Shown here one piece after another: positions 26,206-39,027 of a DNA stretch of 64,000 nt; position 1 is the first letter of the stretch, and each line of letters begins with the position of its first letter. Location: assembly GCA_951406725.2 (NCBI GenBank), contig OX597818.1:12338001-12402000 (forward strand). The letters are read 5' to 3'. This stretch comes from Octopus vulgaris. Lineage: Eukaryota. The position numbers and the translations under genes were made by a program. The notes beneath the pieces are model-generated. The model ran no database searches, had not been told where the DNA came from, and saw only the letters and a program-made list of their open reading frames with translations.

Positions 26206-28629
26206 TATATATATATATATATATATATCCAGAAACCCGGGTCCGTGCGTATCACGTCAGGTCGACGATGAGAAGGATGGCTTCCCTTTGCAAGAATATA
26301 TATACACCTTGGTGCAAATTGTCCTAAATTATAAATAATTTATAGAACATACATCTAGTCTATATATTTCTATACATACAGAAATTTTTTTAGGGTCTTA
26401 TGAGAAGAGTTGATGCATGCAGAGCATTAACTATTATTTAAAATTTGTATCTCGAATGACATATAAGTCCTTCTTTCGAGTGATTGGGATGAAGCTGCTC
26501 ACCATAACACTCCAATGCTTGTCCCACTGGCGTGCTGTCTTCTCACCTCGTTTATTCTATTACATTGGTATCTAACGTCCGAAGCAGGCTGATCTCCTGT
26601 CTTGAAGTTCACATAGCTTCCTCCTCCGATCTCTTGTCACTCGTATAACATTTAACTTTGACTCCATGGTAGCCATTATATCCAGTTATTTCTCCTTTGA
26701 AAATCATGTCTATATTTTAATAGCAACTGTAAGTTGTGCAAGAATATCGACCACATCGATATCTTGATTAAATAAGTAGGGAATCTGACAGCCTTCTCCT
26801 CAAGGATTAAAGTATTAAAAAATGATGATATTGTAGTTGACGGCTAAAACAAAGACGTTTTATCTAGAAAGTGGTATCTATGAAATTTTATAAAGCATAA
26901 ATACTATATAGTTAGTATCACTGGGGGGACTTGGATAGTAGAAGAGGACGAAGGAAATCCGACCGCGCAACTCGTTTTAGTTTTCTTTTGTCAATATATT
27001 TCAGTCCACTTTCACAACTCATGTAATTGGTATGGACGTCACATCATCACATTTTCTTTTCTTCATTTTCTCTCCTGAATTAAGAAAATAAATGTCTAGA
27101 TTTGTTTATTTATAAATCGTTTGAAATCATCATGTTATCGAAAGAAAAGAGTTCTTAATATAAATATAATGGATATTGTATCACTTTAAAAATCTTGTGC
27201 ATGCCATCTGAAGTCAGTAAGAATATCTTTTTCTACGTAAAAAATAATGATGAATGTCATTTGGTTACGAAAGATATTTCTCTGCATTATTTGAAATTCT
27301 TTTTAGTTTATTTTATTGACAAAAGAACATTTCGAGAATATATAATCCTGAACAGATACAAGATCACCAGAAAATGAGTTAGGAATAACATTACGTGTTT
27401 GCAACAAAGGACTGTTGTTGGTCATGTCAATAAGAGGAAGTAATAGGGAAAAGAACATTGCGATGTGATTGCACTTCATGTCATGCGCTTTTGTCTGATC
27501 TTGTACATCAACAGAACAGCTCCTTAGTTTCAAATAACTGATATATTAGAACTTAACGGAATATACAGATGTACACATTTTCCGAAAACATCTAATTCTC
27601 TGTGAAGCTTACCAAGTAAATTCAATTTTGTATATACCAATATAAGAAGTGGTGAAGAGCAAAATCCTAGTTGATAGCCAAATTAAATATTTCATTGAAT
27701 AAGAACTGGAGAACGTTCTCGAATTTCCATTTATTCTACAAATAATAGAAGCAGCTTTTCCTTTCAAATGTCTCTTCTTTGTTACAATATACATCTAGAC
27801 ATTTCTTTTGAGATTTTCGGAATTTATTTGATCTTGAAATTGAAAGAGTAATTATTTAAATGAACCTTCTGCATAAAGTCTGCCTGTTTGAGGAATTTTT
27901 AAGTTTTTAACCACTTTTATGGGAATACAGAATGGTTCAAGACACTGAAGGCTGGGAGGGTGAAGGTTACACTACTTGTACCATACAAAACGTAGCGCAT
28001 TCCATCGACGCTTGTTTGAAAGTGGTCACAAAGTTACAATTGTAGATACCGCAGCAGAAGATTAACCGTACTGTATACTGAGTTATGAGTAAATAACATA
28101 ATCATCAGCGGTATATCCATTTCATAAACTTTCCACTAAAGTTACAGAAAAAAAACTATCCTATAATTGGCCATGCAAATACTTTTCTTTATTAATATCA
28201 AACGACTTGCAAATAATATAGTTCTTAAAAATAATGTGGAATGTGTCACAATTGAGCTAACCTTGTGAGTGACAGAATCATTTCCAATTTTTTAAAAATC
28301 TTCTACGCGAAGGCAGTTGGCTATACAAAAAGGAAATGGGTCAGAATATATATGTTGAAGTAAGAAAAAGTTTGAAAATATTAATAAGATAAAAAAAAAA
28401 AAAAAATTCGAAATGCGAATATGTGCTCTCTTTCGTAACAAATTTTGGTGCAAAGTTACAAACATAACATAATTTATGTAAGGTTAGTAAGTATAATAAC
28501 AAAATGATATAAAATAGTATAACAAAATAATATAAAACAGTATAATATCAAAACAATATTAGTAATATTCACTGGTATTCGACTGGAAACTATTGCAGCT
28601 GCTTATAGATACTTACGGAGTAAGAGAGG

Positions 28630-28679
<50 letters not shown>

Positions 28680-28685
<6 letters not shown>

Positions 28686-28889
28686 TATAACGGGAAAGTT
28701 TACGAAAATAAACAAAAGACGAAGGCAGGTGGAGTACAAACAAACAAATGTATTAGTATAGCGCTCATGAATAGAAATATAAAAAGTCTTTTACGTTTCG
28801 AGCGTACGCTCTTCGACAGAAAGATACACAGAAAAAAAAAACAAGGAGAGAAAAAAATGTGTGTAGGAACTAATGATCTATCATGGCGT

Positions 28890-28892
<3 letters not shown>
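28680..28892 (-). mobile_element. Penelope-like pseudo-LTR fragment in (TA)n with variant hammerhead motif (28787-28824)
   Basis: Minus strand TCTTT-CTGTCGA-A-GAGCgtacGCTC-GAAACGTA-AAAGA; homologous to 36478-36676. Confidence 0.65.
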
Positions 28893-28942
<50 letters not shown>

Positions 28943-29388
28943 AACTAGTTATCAAATAGCATTAGTCCTATACACACGTGGTTCTGCAAAAGATGAAACA
29001 AAAATCCGATTCTATACTAAAGAAATGTCTACTTACTTATGTGGATTCCATAACAAACGCAAATAAATACGTATTTTGCCAAAATACCGAAGAGAGAACG
29101 GATGTCTGACATCGAGTAATGTCAAAAGAGTGAAAAATCACTTTTCTGTAAGAATTTGTTTTCGTGTTTTGATAGAAAATATTCCTTTACCTGTTTAAAA
29201 TCACATACCGACTACACATATACTTGCACGAACTGAGGAGTGAGCTTCAGTTACTAGAAATAGCACCCAAATCTCTCTTAAATTGTATCTTAGGAAAGAA
29301 TTTGGAATGTTGGTTCTGATACACACATAACAGCGCGCGCACATGAGCAAGTATCTCAAGATTTAATTCTTGACATTCAGTGTAAACA

Positions 29389-29438
<50 letters not shown>

Positions 29439-30174
29439 GAATAAATATGCATGTGTGTATGTGTGTGCATGCGCGCGCGCTATGCCATTCATCTAACAAA
29501 TGTCAAGAAATGACTTTAAGACATTTATTACGTAGACTTAAGTATACACGGATACGAAAGGAAAAAAAAAGATGCTTCATGCATATATTTATATATATTA
29601 AACAAAACTGAGTTAAAATACATATTGATGCATATTCAGAACCATACACATATCTGTAAGCATTCGTTTATGTAATCTTGAATATTTCAGTTTTCTCGTA
29701 ACGATAATGAATATATGAATGTAAAATGTTACTGTTACTCTATACAGGTACTGAAATAGGAACACACATACACACACTCGCACGCACACGCACACACACA
29801 TCTGTACGCGCGCGCGAATGATTCTTGTTTGTGAATATCAATCAGATAAATGCCCCCTGTTATTTTCTTAACTATTATCTTTTATCTTTTACTTCTTTCA
29901 GCCATTAGACTGCGCCATGATGGGGCACTGCCTTAGGCAGTGAATCGACCTGTACGTTTAATAAAAATTTTAAGCCTAGTAGTTATCGGTATATGTTGCT
30001 AAACCGATAGGTTACGAGGATGTAAACACCCCAGCACCAGTTGTCAAGCTTAGCTTTCGTGGGGAGCAAACACAGACACACAGACCCACGCAGAGACACA
30101 GACACACACAGACATACACACACACATACAGACACACACATACACACATAAATCTAGATAGATTTTATTTACTA

Positions 30175-30569
30175 CTAGCAGTATCGCCCGGCGTTGCTCG
30201 GGTTTGTAAGGGAAATAACTATATAAGCATTTTTAGAGAGTTATAGCCAAAAAGTAGCAAAAAATGCATTAAAAATGGAAAAAAAGGATGGTAATTTTTT
30301 TAAAAAATCGTTGACTCATCGTAGATATTTTTAGAGAGTTACTTCCCGTATATAATAGCGAAAAAATGCATTAAAATGGAAAAAAATGATGGTAATTTTT
30401 TTTAAAATCGTAGACTCATCGTAGACGCGCGCTAATACCCAGAAGGGCTCGATATGAATCACGACTATAAGATACCCGGTTTTGGTTAAGCTGCACCGCA
30501 AAATGTGGGAGTAGTTAGGAATCTAAATCGTAGGAGACAGACACACAACTTGACTTTTATATATAAAGA
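30175..30569 (-). mobile_element. Non-autonomous Helitron
   Basis: Minus strand A|TCTTTATATATAAAAG 5' end, subterminal hairpin CCCGAGCAACGCCGGG and CTAG|T 3' end; internal tandem duplication of about 100 bp. Confidence 0.88.
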
Positions 30570-30599
30570 TGATTCTTAAACCGGTTTGTCAGAAAAGTA

Positions 30600-31720
30600 T
30601 TTCCTCAAGTACAGACAAAATTTGGAGCTATAATTCTAAATGTGATTGTAACAACGGCTAAGTCTGAACTTCTTGTATTAATTTCTATAGAAAATGGAAA
30701 AGATTTTAAAACGATACTTTCATTATTCGTTGTTACACTCCTGGTCAGCACATACATGTTAAAGTTTTGGTTATGAACATTGTTTCGGTTGAGACAGCAG
30801 AGATTTTGACTAATGCTTTAGTTTCAGTTGTGGAGTATAACGAGTTGACGGGAAAGTTCACTACACTCTGTGAGGGCAATTTCAAATCAAATTTATTGGT
30901 GTACAATAATAAAAAGAGCAAGTACTGCATATTTAACTGATTAAAAGCCAAACTGGAACGCCACCTTGCTGCCCGCATTGCGCACAAGTGTTTCTGAATC
31001 GTTGTTAATCATTACGGATTGAGAGCGATGCACTTAAAAAAAGGTTCAAATATTTTCACACTTACACAGTTCGTGTGACGCAGCTGAAAGAATTTTGTGA
31101 CTTTGCCGGTGTAGAATATAAAAAGCTAACACAACATGGTGATAGGTGATTTTTGTCATTGACTTGAAATCATATTTTTGTTCCCGAGAATACTACACAG
31201 GATAGATAAACAGCTCTTTGAAAATGAATATGGAGAAATGTATCTATGATTTGTAAACATAATTTTAAACGAATCGATTGTGGTCAAGTCGAAGGATAAT
31301 GCCAACACAATACTTTTTAAACTAGCTAAATCTGATTACAAATATAGAAGAAAGAAAAAATAGTGAATTTGTTCCTTAAAAATACAAAGGCGTTACTAAG
31401 AAAATTTGAAGAAAATGGCGAAAGCATTGAAAAAGTGAAGGAATTTAAAAGGTTTCCTGAAAAATGCCTCTCATACCGAGAACTATGAAAAAGAACTTCG
31501 AACCAGCGGAAGACCGTGGTAAAATCTCGTATGTAGGCCCAAGATTGAGCAATTTGGAGTGCTGATCAACCAATGGATTGGAAAGCAAGTAATACATACT
31601 GATAAATCATATGTTGTGCAAAGAGCTTTGCGTTTTTAAAGTAGAAGTTTGGACAATTCATAACTTTAAGTACAAAGTGGCAAATTGTTTTTGTTCACTG
31701 CAAAGAACAACGCTTATTAG
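30600..31720 (+). mobile_element. Decayed hAT-superfamily transposase
   Basis: + strand reads VETAEILTNAL...KYFHTYTVRVTQLKEFCDFAGVEYKKLTQHGDR*FLSL...FENEYGEMYL. Confidence 0.7.
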
Positions 31721-31766
<46 letters not shown>

Positions 31767-31770
<4 letters not shown>

Positions 31771-32450
31771 CAACATTAGATAACAAAGCTAAGATTGTGA
31801 GTTTTCAGGACATTTGTAAGGAAAGGATATACATATAGTCTTAGAACTGTTTCTGGGATATTATGGATATCCCTTCATGGAGACGATGTGAGATGGTTAA
31901 ATAGAAGTAAATATTTGAGTTCGAAATAAGGAATTATTATGGAAAAAGAAGAGATAGGGAATGTAGAGGGAAATAAGAAAATGAAAGTAGAAATAAAATA
32001 TAAAATATATAAAGATATTGTGGTTGCAGTTCCATTATTCGAGGGAAGTAGTGTATAGAAGTGGTAAAATAGTTTCCTGTACATGGTTTGTAAGTTCCAA
32101 AAGTAGTTCATGTTTAGTCATTTCAAAGTATGGAGCTGTAGATTCTGTTTTGCTCATTCGAAAGAGTTTAAACCACAAGACACTTTCGAATGAACAACAC
32201 AGAATCTACGGCTCCATACTTTGAAATGACTAAACATGAACTACTACTGGAACTTACATATCATGTACAGGAAACTTTTTTTACCATTTCTATAAACCAC
32301 TTTCCCCGAGTAATGGAACTGCTACTACAATATCTTTATATATTTTATATTTTATTTCTACTTTCATTCTCGTATTTCCTTCTAGATTCCCCATCTCCTT
32401 TTCCATAATAATTCCTTATTTCGAACTCAAATATTTACCCCTCTATATAT
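31767..32450. mobile_element. Fold-back Penelope-like element in (TA)n: inverted arms of about 265 bp, decayed hammerhead on the - strand (31838-31884)
   Basis: Arms about 31901-32167 and 32180-32445; homologous to 35455-35862. Confidence 0.75.
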
Positions 32451-33194
32451 AAGGTAATACAAGACACACATTAGACTCCTTACTCGTATCACTATCGAAC
32501 CAAGAGTTTAACTACCGTCTGTCCATAGCACTTACTTAGCGTTACCTGCCACTCTTTGGGTCTTCTAGACACCACTATCTCTCATATATATATTTACACA
32601 TACATACTTGTGTGTATCAGCATGAGGTGTAAAAATAAGCTGTGTATCGAATGCACCGAATATAGAACTTGAATTCGCCTACATTGTACCGTTTGGGCTC
32701 AATTGAGTTTACTTTTGTCTTCGTTATTTCTCTTCCATGATAAGCTGAATAACTGTATGTTCTTGAATGACTCCAGCACTAGAAGGGACCTTTCTCTGTG
32801 AAGCATCTATTAGCAACGGGTCTAACCCTTTTCATTACCTGAAAAAAAAAACGACAGAGTAAGTTTTCTTCCACAGCCCTTTGTTAAGTGCTACCTAATC
32901 ATTCCAAAACAGAGCGAGAGAAACATAAAAATAAAGGTAGTGAGGGAAAGAGATAAAAAGTTACTCCAATACTTAATATTATTTACTGATCCTGAATGCA
33001 TGAAGGGCAAAATTGAACCCAGATAGATTTGAACTCATAGGCAAACGCCAGAATAAATACAGCAGTATAGCAACACAACCAGTTTCTTTGTTTACATTCA
33101 CCCTGTCCGGATAGGTGGTACATAGGTGGATTTAATTGACCAAAACCTTTGAAGACAGTTCTTTGATATTTTTATATCCTATGGTAACGCAAAC

Positions 33195-33332
33195 CAGGCG
33201 TAGATGTGTGGTAAGAAGCTTGCTTTCTAGCCACGTGGTTCCGGGTTCAGTCCCACTGCGTAGCACCTTGGGCAAGTGTCTTCTACCATAGCTTCGGACT
33301 GATCAAAGATAGAAACTGAAAGTAATCCGTTG

Positions 33333-33367
<35 letters not shown>

Positions 33368-33842
33368 TTCGAGACAAAACCACTATTTTGCAAAACAAAC
33401 AAGGAATCAATACATACAAATTTTTAATATAAACGATTGTAGTGGCGGTTTATTTCTTTATATTAAAAATTTTTATGTATTGATTAAGTCTTTCCTTGTT
33501 TGTTTTGCAAAATAGTGGTTTTGTCTCGAATTAATATTATATAATATTTTACTATAAAATTGGATTTAATCCTAAATCTGATTTTGTCCCTGTAAATTTG
33601 GATTTATTCCCTAATATTTATTATATATATATATATATATATGTTTGTGTGTCTGTGTCCCCATCATCGTTTGGCAACCGATGTTAGTATGTTTACGTTC
33701 CCGTAACTTAGCAGTTCGGGAAAAGAGACCGATAGAATAAGTACTAGGTTCATAAATAATTAATCCTAGGGTCGAGTTGTTCGACTAAGGGTGGTGCTCC
33801 AGCACAGCCGCAGTCAAATGAGTGAAACAAGTAAAAGAATAG
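33195..33842 (+). mobile_element. SINE family 1 with a palindromic element (about 33355-33625) inserted in its internal (TA)n
   Basis: Head 33195-33330 and tail 33640-33842; inverted arms 33356-33433 and 33457-33543. Confidence 0.85.
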
Positions 33843-34114
33843 ATGATAATGATTACATAACATCTCATTAACCTAAAACAAGTGTAAAAATGGAAAAATG
33901 TGTCGAAACAAGTGTAGCATTTATAAATAAAGAATATTGTTCATACATTTTTAATAACAATTATCTATCTACACAAAATCTACGGACTCTATGAAATTCT
34001 CTACGATATATATCCACTAGTAGGAGCATTTTCACTGTATGATGACATTAGGTAGCCAATAACTGAGGAGCTTTACATAACATTCTACAAGTTTTTTTTT
34101 ACCCGAATATTATT

Positions 34115-34165
<51 letters not shown>

Positions 34166-34331
34166 TAATGTGAGTTTAGAGGGATATATTATCAGTTATG
34201 TTCCAGGTTCCGGCTCACCGCATCTATAACTATTTAACGTCTATGACTACTTCGTGTTGTCACTCACGCTGTAAATTCCTCCGATGGGTAATTTCGTATT
34301 CACTTTACTAGATCGTAATATTTGGTTGAAA

Positions 34332-34416
34332 GACCCTGAGCAAAGCTGCACAGAAAATTATTCCTGGTTGCATATGCAAATTGCCTCAATCTGTGCAGTG
34401 GAAACACGTGTAGGTT
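34332..34416 (+). ncRNA. Decayed type I hammerhead-like motif in a TA-flanked element (about 34163-34550)
   Basis: GACC-CTGAGCA-..CTGCACAGA/TCTGTGCAG..-GAAAC-ACGT-GTA-GGTT. Confidence 0.55.
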
Positions 34417-34766
34417 GTAACCATAAAAATGTACTGTATGACACTGTAAAGTAAAATAAAAACAAATTTTGAGAATGTATCGGTCTCCATATTCTCTATC
34501 GTTATAATTATTCCTTATATATATTTATGAATATTTATATCAAAGACGTATGTATATATATATATATATATATATATCATAAAAAATAGAGTTTAATGCA
34601 GGTGTTATTCAAATTCTTTTACTTCCGACCCATGTTTCGAAGATATCACTGATATTATTCCAAAAGAATAAAATGGTGTAAAACAATGTAATGATTTTTT
34701 GCTACCCTGGTAACTATTTATCTATTTTTTCCGTATTAATTTTTAACAAGGGAAAAATTATTACAC

Positions 34767-34858
<92 letters not shown>

Positions 34859-35744
34859 GTATATCTTTTATCCAAGGTGTAAAATGCCAGTGGATAAATA
34901 AATCCTTTATATGCTCTTATTCACTCATTGGAAGTATGTATACCCAAATTGATGCGTCATTTTTGGCAGTTTACAGACAGTACTAAATCCATAGATATAG
35001 TGACAGACAAAACACAATTATAATCAAAATACAAAATATAGGAATATAGAAATTGACAAAAGAAATGTGGAGTAAGGTTGACTATGAATTATAATTCTAT
35101 CTTCATGGTCAGATTATAAGGAAGAAAGTGCAAAACAGAATGAAGAATAATACAGTGGTGAAAATTGATCATTTCAGTACTTATTAGCTGTTTCTTTGTT
35201 TCTGTGAAGGTTTCAAATTATACTATGACTTTTAAGGCTGAATTTTCGGATTTTAAAATTGTATTATAAAAATTTTTGTTTCTAACATTTTTCATTTTCT
35301 CTTCTTGTTTTCATTTTGTCTTCCTCTTTCTTTCCTTCTTCTTTTCTCACCTTTTCCTTTCAACTCTCTTCGTTTTTACATACACACCTTTCTCCCCTCA
35401 CTATCCACTTATTACTACCACTACATTCTCAAATTTTTATTCACACCACGGGACCCCTTTGAATGAACAGCACATGGAATCTATGTCCCCACACTTTCCG
35501 TTTGTGATGACAAAATATGAACACCTATTGGAATTTGCATACCACAGACAGGAAGCATTTTTACCATTTATACACATCACTTTCCTTGGATAATGGAACT
35601 GCAACTATAACATCTTTATACATTTTTATTTTTATTTCTACATTCAGTCTCCTATTTCCCTATATACTCCTTATTTGCTTCCTTTACCAAAATAACTCAT
35701 CATATTGAACTCTACTATTTCCCTATATTTCACCACCTCACATC

Positions 35745-35792
35745 GTCTCTGATAAAGGGACATCCCTAATATCCCAGAAACAGCCGTAAGAC
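35745..35792 (+). ncRNA. Type I hammerhead-like motif (G8>A) in Penelope-like element about 35270-35862
   Basis: GTCT-CTGATAA-A-GGGA..TCCC-A-GAAAC-AGCC-GTA-AGAC. Confidence 0.65.
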
Positions 35793-36009
35793 TAAATTTT
35801 TCTTTATAAATATCCTGAACATTCCACACAGCCTTGGCTTTGTTGTCTCATTTTATTTAACATATATATACTTGTACAAGACTTGCATTAGACTCCTCAC
35901 TCGTATCATTATTGAACCGAGAGTTTAGCCACAGTCCTTCCATAGTACTTACGTTGCGTTACCTGCCATATTGGGACTTCTGGATACCAATACAATTCAT
36001 ATATATACA

Positions 36010-36265
36010 TATTCTTTTATTCTTTTTCTTTCTTTTATTTGTTTCAGTCATTTGACTGCAGCCATGCTGGGGCACTGCCTTGAAGAGTTTTAATAAAATA
36101 AATCGTCCCCAAGACTTATTTTCTGAGCCTATATATCTCTTTTTGACGAACCGCTAAGTTACAGGGACGTAAATACACCAGCATCGGTTGTCAAGCCATG
36201 GTGGGGGACAAACAAAGACACAAATACAAAAACACACGCACACGGACATATATATATATATATAT
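36010..36265 (-). mobile_element. SINE family 1 tail half
   Basis: Same tail as the other copies; similar tail at 29870-30150. Confidence 0.85.
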
Positions 36266-36394
36266 ATGGGGTGGGGTTACTAGGGAGGGGTGACGATGAA
36301 GGAAGAAGGAGAAGGTGGGTAGGAGTGAAGAGAAGAGAGGAGGAGAGTAGGAGTGAAGAGAAGAAATAGGAGTCGGTTTCTTATACACGCGCAC

Positions 36395-36676
36395 ACGCAC
36401 CTTCGTTTAGGGATCACCACTACTTTATTATGTCCCCTTCTTCCTAGCTCTCCTGTGTGATCCTTTTGTCCGGCATTCGCCATGATAGATCGCTAGCCAC
36501 TGCACATTTTTTATTTTCTCTCCTTGTTTCTTTCTGTGTTCCTTTCTCTGGAAGAGCGTAGGCTCGAAACGTTAAAGACGTCTTCACTTCCCAAGTGTTA
36601 AACTAATACATCTGTTTGTTGTCTACACCACCTATCTTCATCTTCTGTTCTTTTTAGTGAATTCTCCCCTTATATT
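36395..36676 (+). mobile_element. Penelope-like pseudo-LTR fragment with variant hammerhead (36542-36577)
   Basis: CTTT-CTCTGGA-A-GAGCgtagGCTC-GAAACGTT-AAAG; homologue of 28680-28892. Confidence 0.6.
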
Positions 36677-38789
36677 ACACGCTCACGTGGTTGCACCAGT
36701 TGATCCTGTCTCCTCTCATCACCCAACGAACTTTTACGGATTCTCTAACTGGACTTTCTACTTTCGTACATTTCGGCTGCACCTCTCCTGCCCATGGATT
36801 ACACTGGACTCCTTCGTTGATGAAAAATAGCTCCAATACACAACGACGCCTGAAGCTTTTGAACCTTTTGAACTTTTCTTAACTTTTTTGTACTTTCTGC
36901 TTTTTCCTATTGTCGTTTCTTCCTACTCTGGTTGTTCTTACTTGATTTTCTCTAATCCGCTCCCGTTACCTTGCCTCTCTCTCCTTCCCTCTCTGCTAAA
37001 GTTCTTTCGTCACACATCCTCTGACCTCATCAGTGGCTCTCTGTCCCATGTGCCCCCTCTTATCTTGTTTATGCCATTTTGTCTTTTTACTTATTCCATT
37101 TTGTCCAAATTATTGGCTGGTCAGTTTCATATCGAAATGGCACCATACTGTCCTTGTTAAGTAGAAGCACACATACCGATATATCCGCATGCATATATAG
37201 TCATGCATCTATACATATATTTATTTAAACACACGCACACACACACATATGTATGTATATATATATATGTATAAATACATATACGCACACATACACGAAC
37301 ATAAAATGTATCCAACTCACTGTCTGTCTGTCTGTCTGTATCTCTATATATGTATATATACACACACATATACACACACACATATATATATGGGGATTAT
37401 GTTCGCACACATATATGTGAGATTGTGTGTGTTTGCGTACGTGTGTGCGATTGTGCTTTTGTTCGTTTCCGTCTGGATTAACGTAGATAGCTTTACTTTT
37501 AATGGAAAGCAATAATTCATAATTTATATAGTCTAAAATTTAGCGAATACAGTTTTATTGTAAAACATTTTGCCTTAAGGAATTAATTTACCTGTCATCA
37601 AAGAATTTATTGAATAACAAAGAAGACGAAAATTAGTATCACATTTTAAGTATCATTGTTGGAATACAAATCTGCTAATTAAAAGTTTTAGAGGAAAGGT
37701 CATACACAGAGTATTATTAAGCTCATAATTAACATAGTTTATTAATATATGCCATTATCTGTAATTTGAGAACAAAGTTTATTTGGCACAAATAGCGTTT
37801 ACATTATAGTAGACATATAACTTTTCTCCGTGTGCCGTCTTAAATAGAAAAAAAAAGCAACAACAGATTGCAATAAAATAAAATAACAGCAATAATAATA
37901 TTAACTAAGTAAAAATAGAAGGAACAGATTGAAAAATTTCAAAACGAAGAAGAAAAAATAAGAGGATATAGAGAATAAAACATGACAGAGGAAAGAGCGC
38001 AAGAAAAATATGGAGCAGTAGTAGTTGTCGACGTAGTAGCTGTCGTAGTAACAGTAGAAAACAAGAAAGAAAGAAAAGATTGAGCTGAAGAAAGAGGAAG
38101 AAGAACGAGATGACTGAAAAAGATAAATAGAAGGAAGATTGAAAAGGAAAAGGAAGTGGAGAAAATCTAAGCGAAAATAGTTGATTTTCTTAATAGAAAA
38201 TAGCATTTTATTCAATTAGGGACACAGTTTATAATACGAGTAATTGCTAAGAAACTAGAATATAATTTAATATTGTATATTCCATTTAATGCAACACCAT
38301 AAGAAGACTAGTCAATTACATGTAATTTAGAAACTTGGCAAACGCTCCAGGGATAAAATAATTTTGAAGGTCTGGTATGAAATTTGAAATAAATCAATTC
38401 GCACAAGATTAATAAAATAGAGATATAAAACTTACCCGACCAATTAACGAGAAACTCAGAATTAATTATATCGATTTCAATATAGCCAAATCATACTTAT
38501 ATAAAATAACGTTTCATGACCAATGAAGAAATATTTATTTCTGGTTGAATTAGAAATTTTGCTTTTGTTTAGGCCCAGATTAAGCCTGATAAAGTGGACT
38601 TATAATGAAAGGTGTTCTATCTACGACTATTTCGCCTTTTATTCAGACAGTGAATCTAGAATTAAATAACTTCTCATATTCTTTTTTAAGAAAGTTGTTT
38701 GGGATTTGAGGCGGTTCTGTTGCTGCTTCTTGTATGTTAGTCTCTTGTAATATAATACAGAAATATCAATGCTTGTTGATAAGTTCCGA

Positions 38790-38881
38790 CAAACCACATG
38801 ATTCCGGGTTCAGTCCCACTACGTGGCACCTTGGGCAAGCCTTGTGAGTGTATTTGGTAGACGGAAACTGAAAGAAGCCCG

Positions 38882-38955
<74 letters not shown>
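38790..38955 (+). mobile_element. SINE family 1 head; its tail lies at 44425-44690
   Basis: Head ends in (TA)n abutting the LINE 3' end; the tail resumes after (TA)n at 44425. Confidence 0.8.
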
Positions 38956-39027
38956 CCTTAAATCCTTAAAAATGTTTTAGCCCGAAGGCCGCGGTCATGC
39001 TGGGGCACCACCGCTGAATGAGCTACA

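Larger units (their letters stand above)
22299..28225 (+). pseudogene. Tentative decayed RGS22/RGSL1-like multi-RGS-domain gene, interrupted by repeats
   Basis: Frame-consistent GT-AG intron 22589-22690. Stop-riddled + strand translations DVHIFRKHLILCEAYQ, LFEEFLSF...MVQD...W, IQNVAHSIDACL...KLQL*IP and VYPFHKLSTKVTEKKLSYNWP resemble RGS22 as recalled from memory; no alignment was run. Confidence 0.35.

Noticed and set aside
35175-35195. GAAACAGCT on the minus strand as another hammerhead half
   Set aside because: Lacks the GTH triplet and an upstream core
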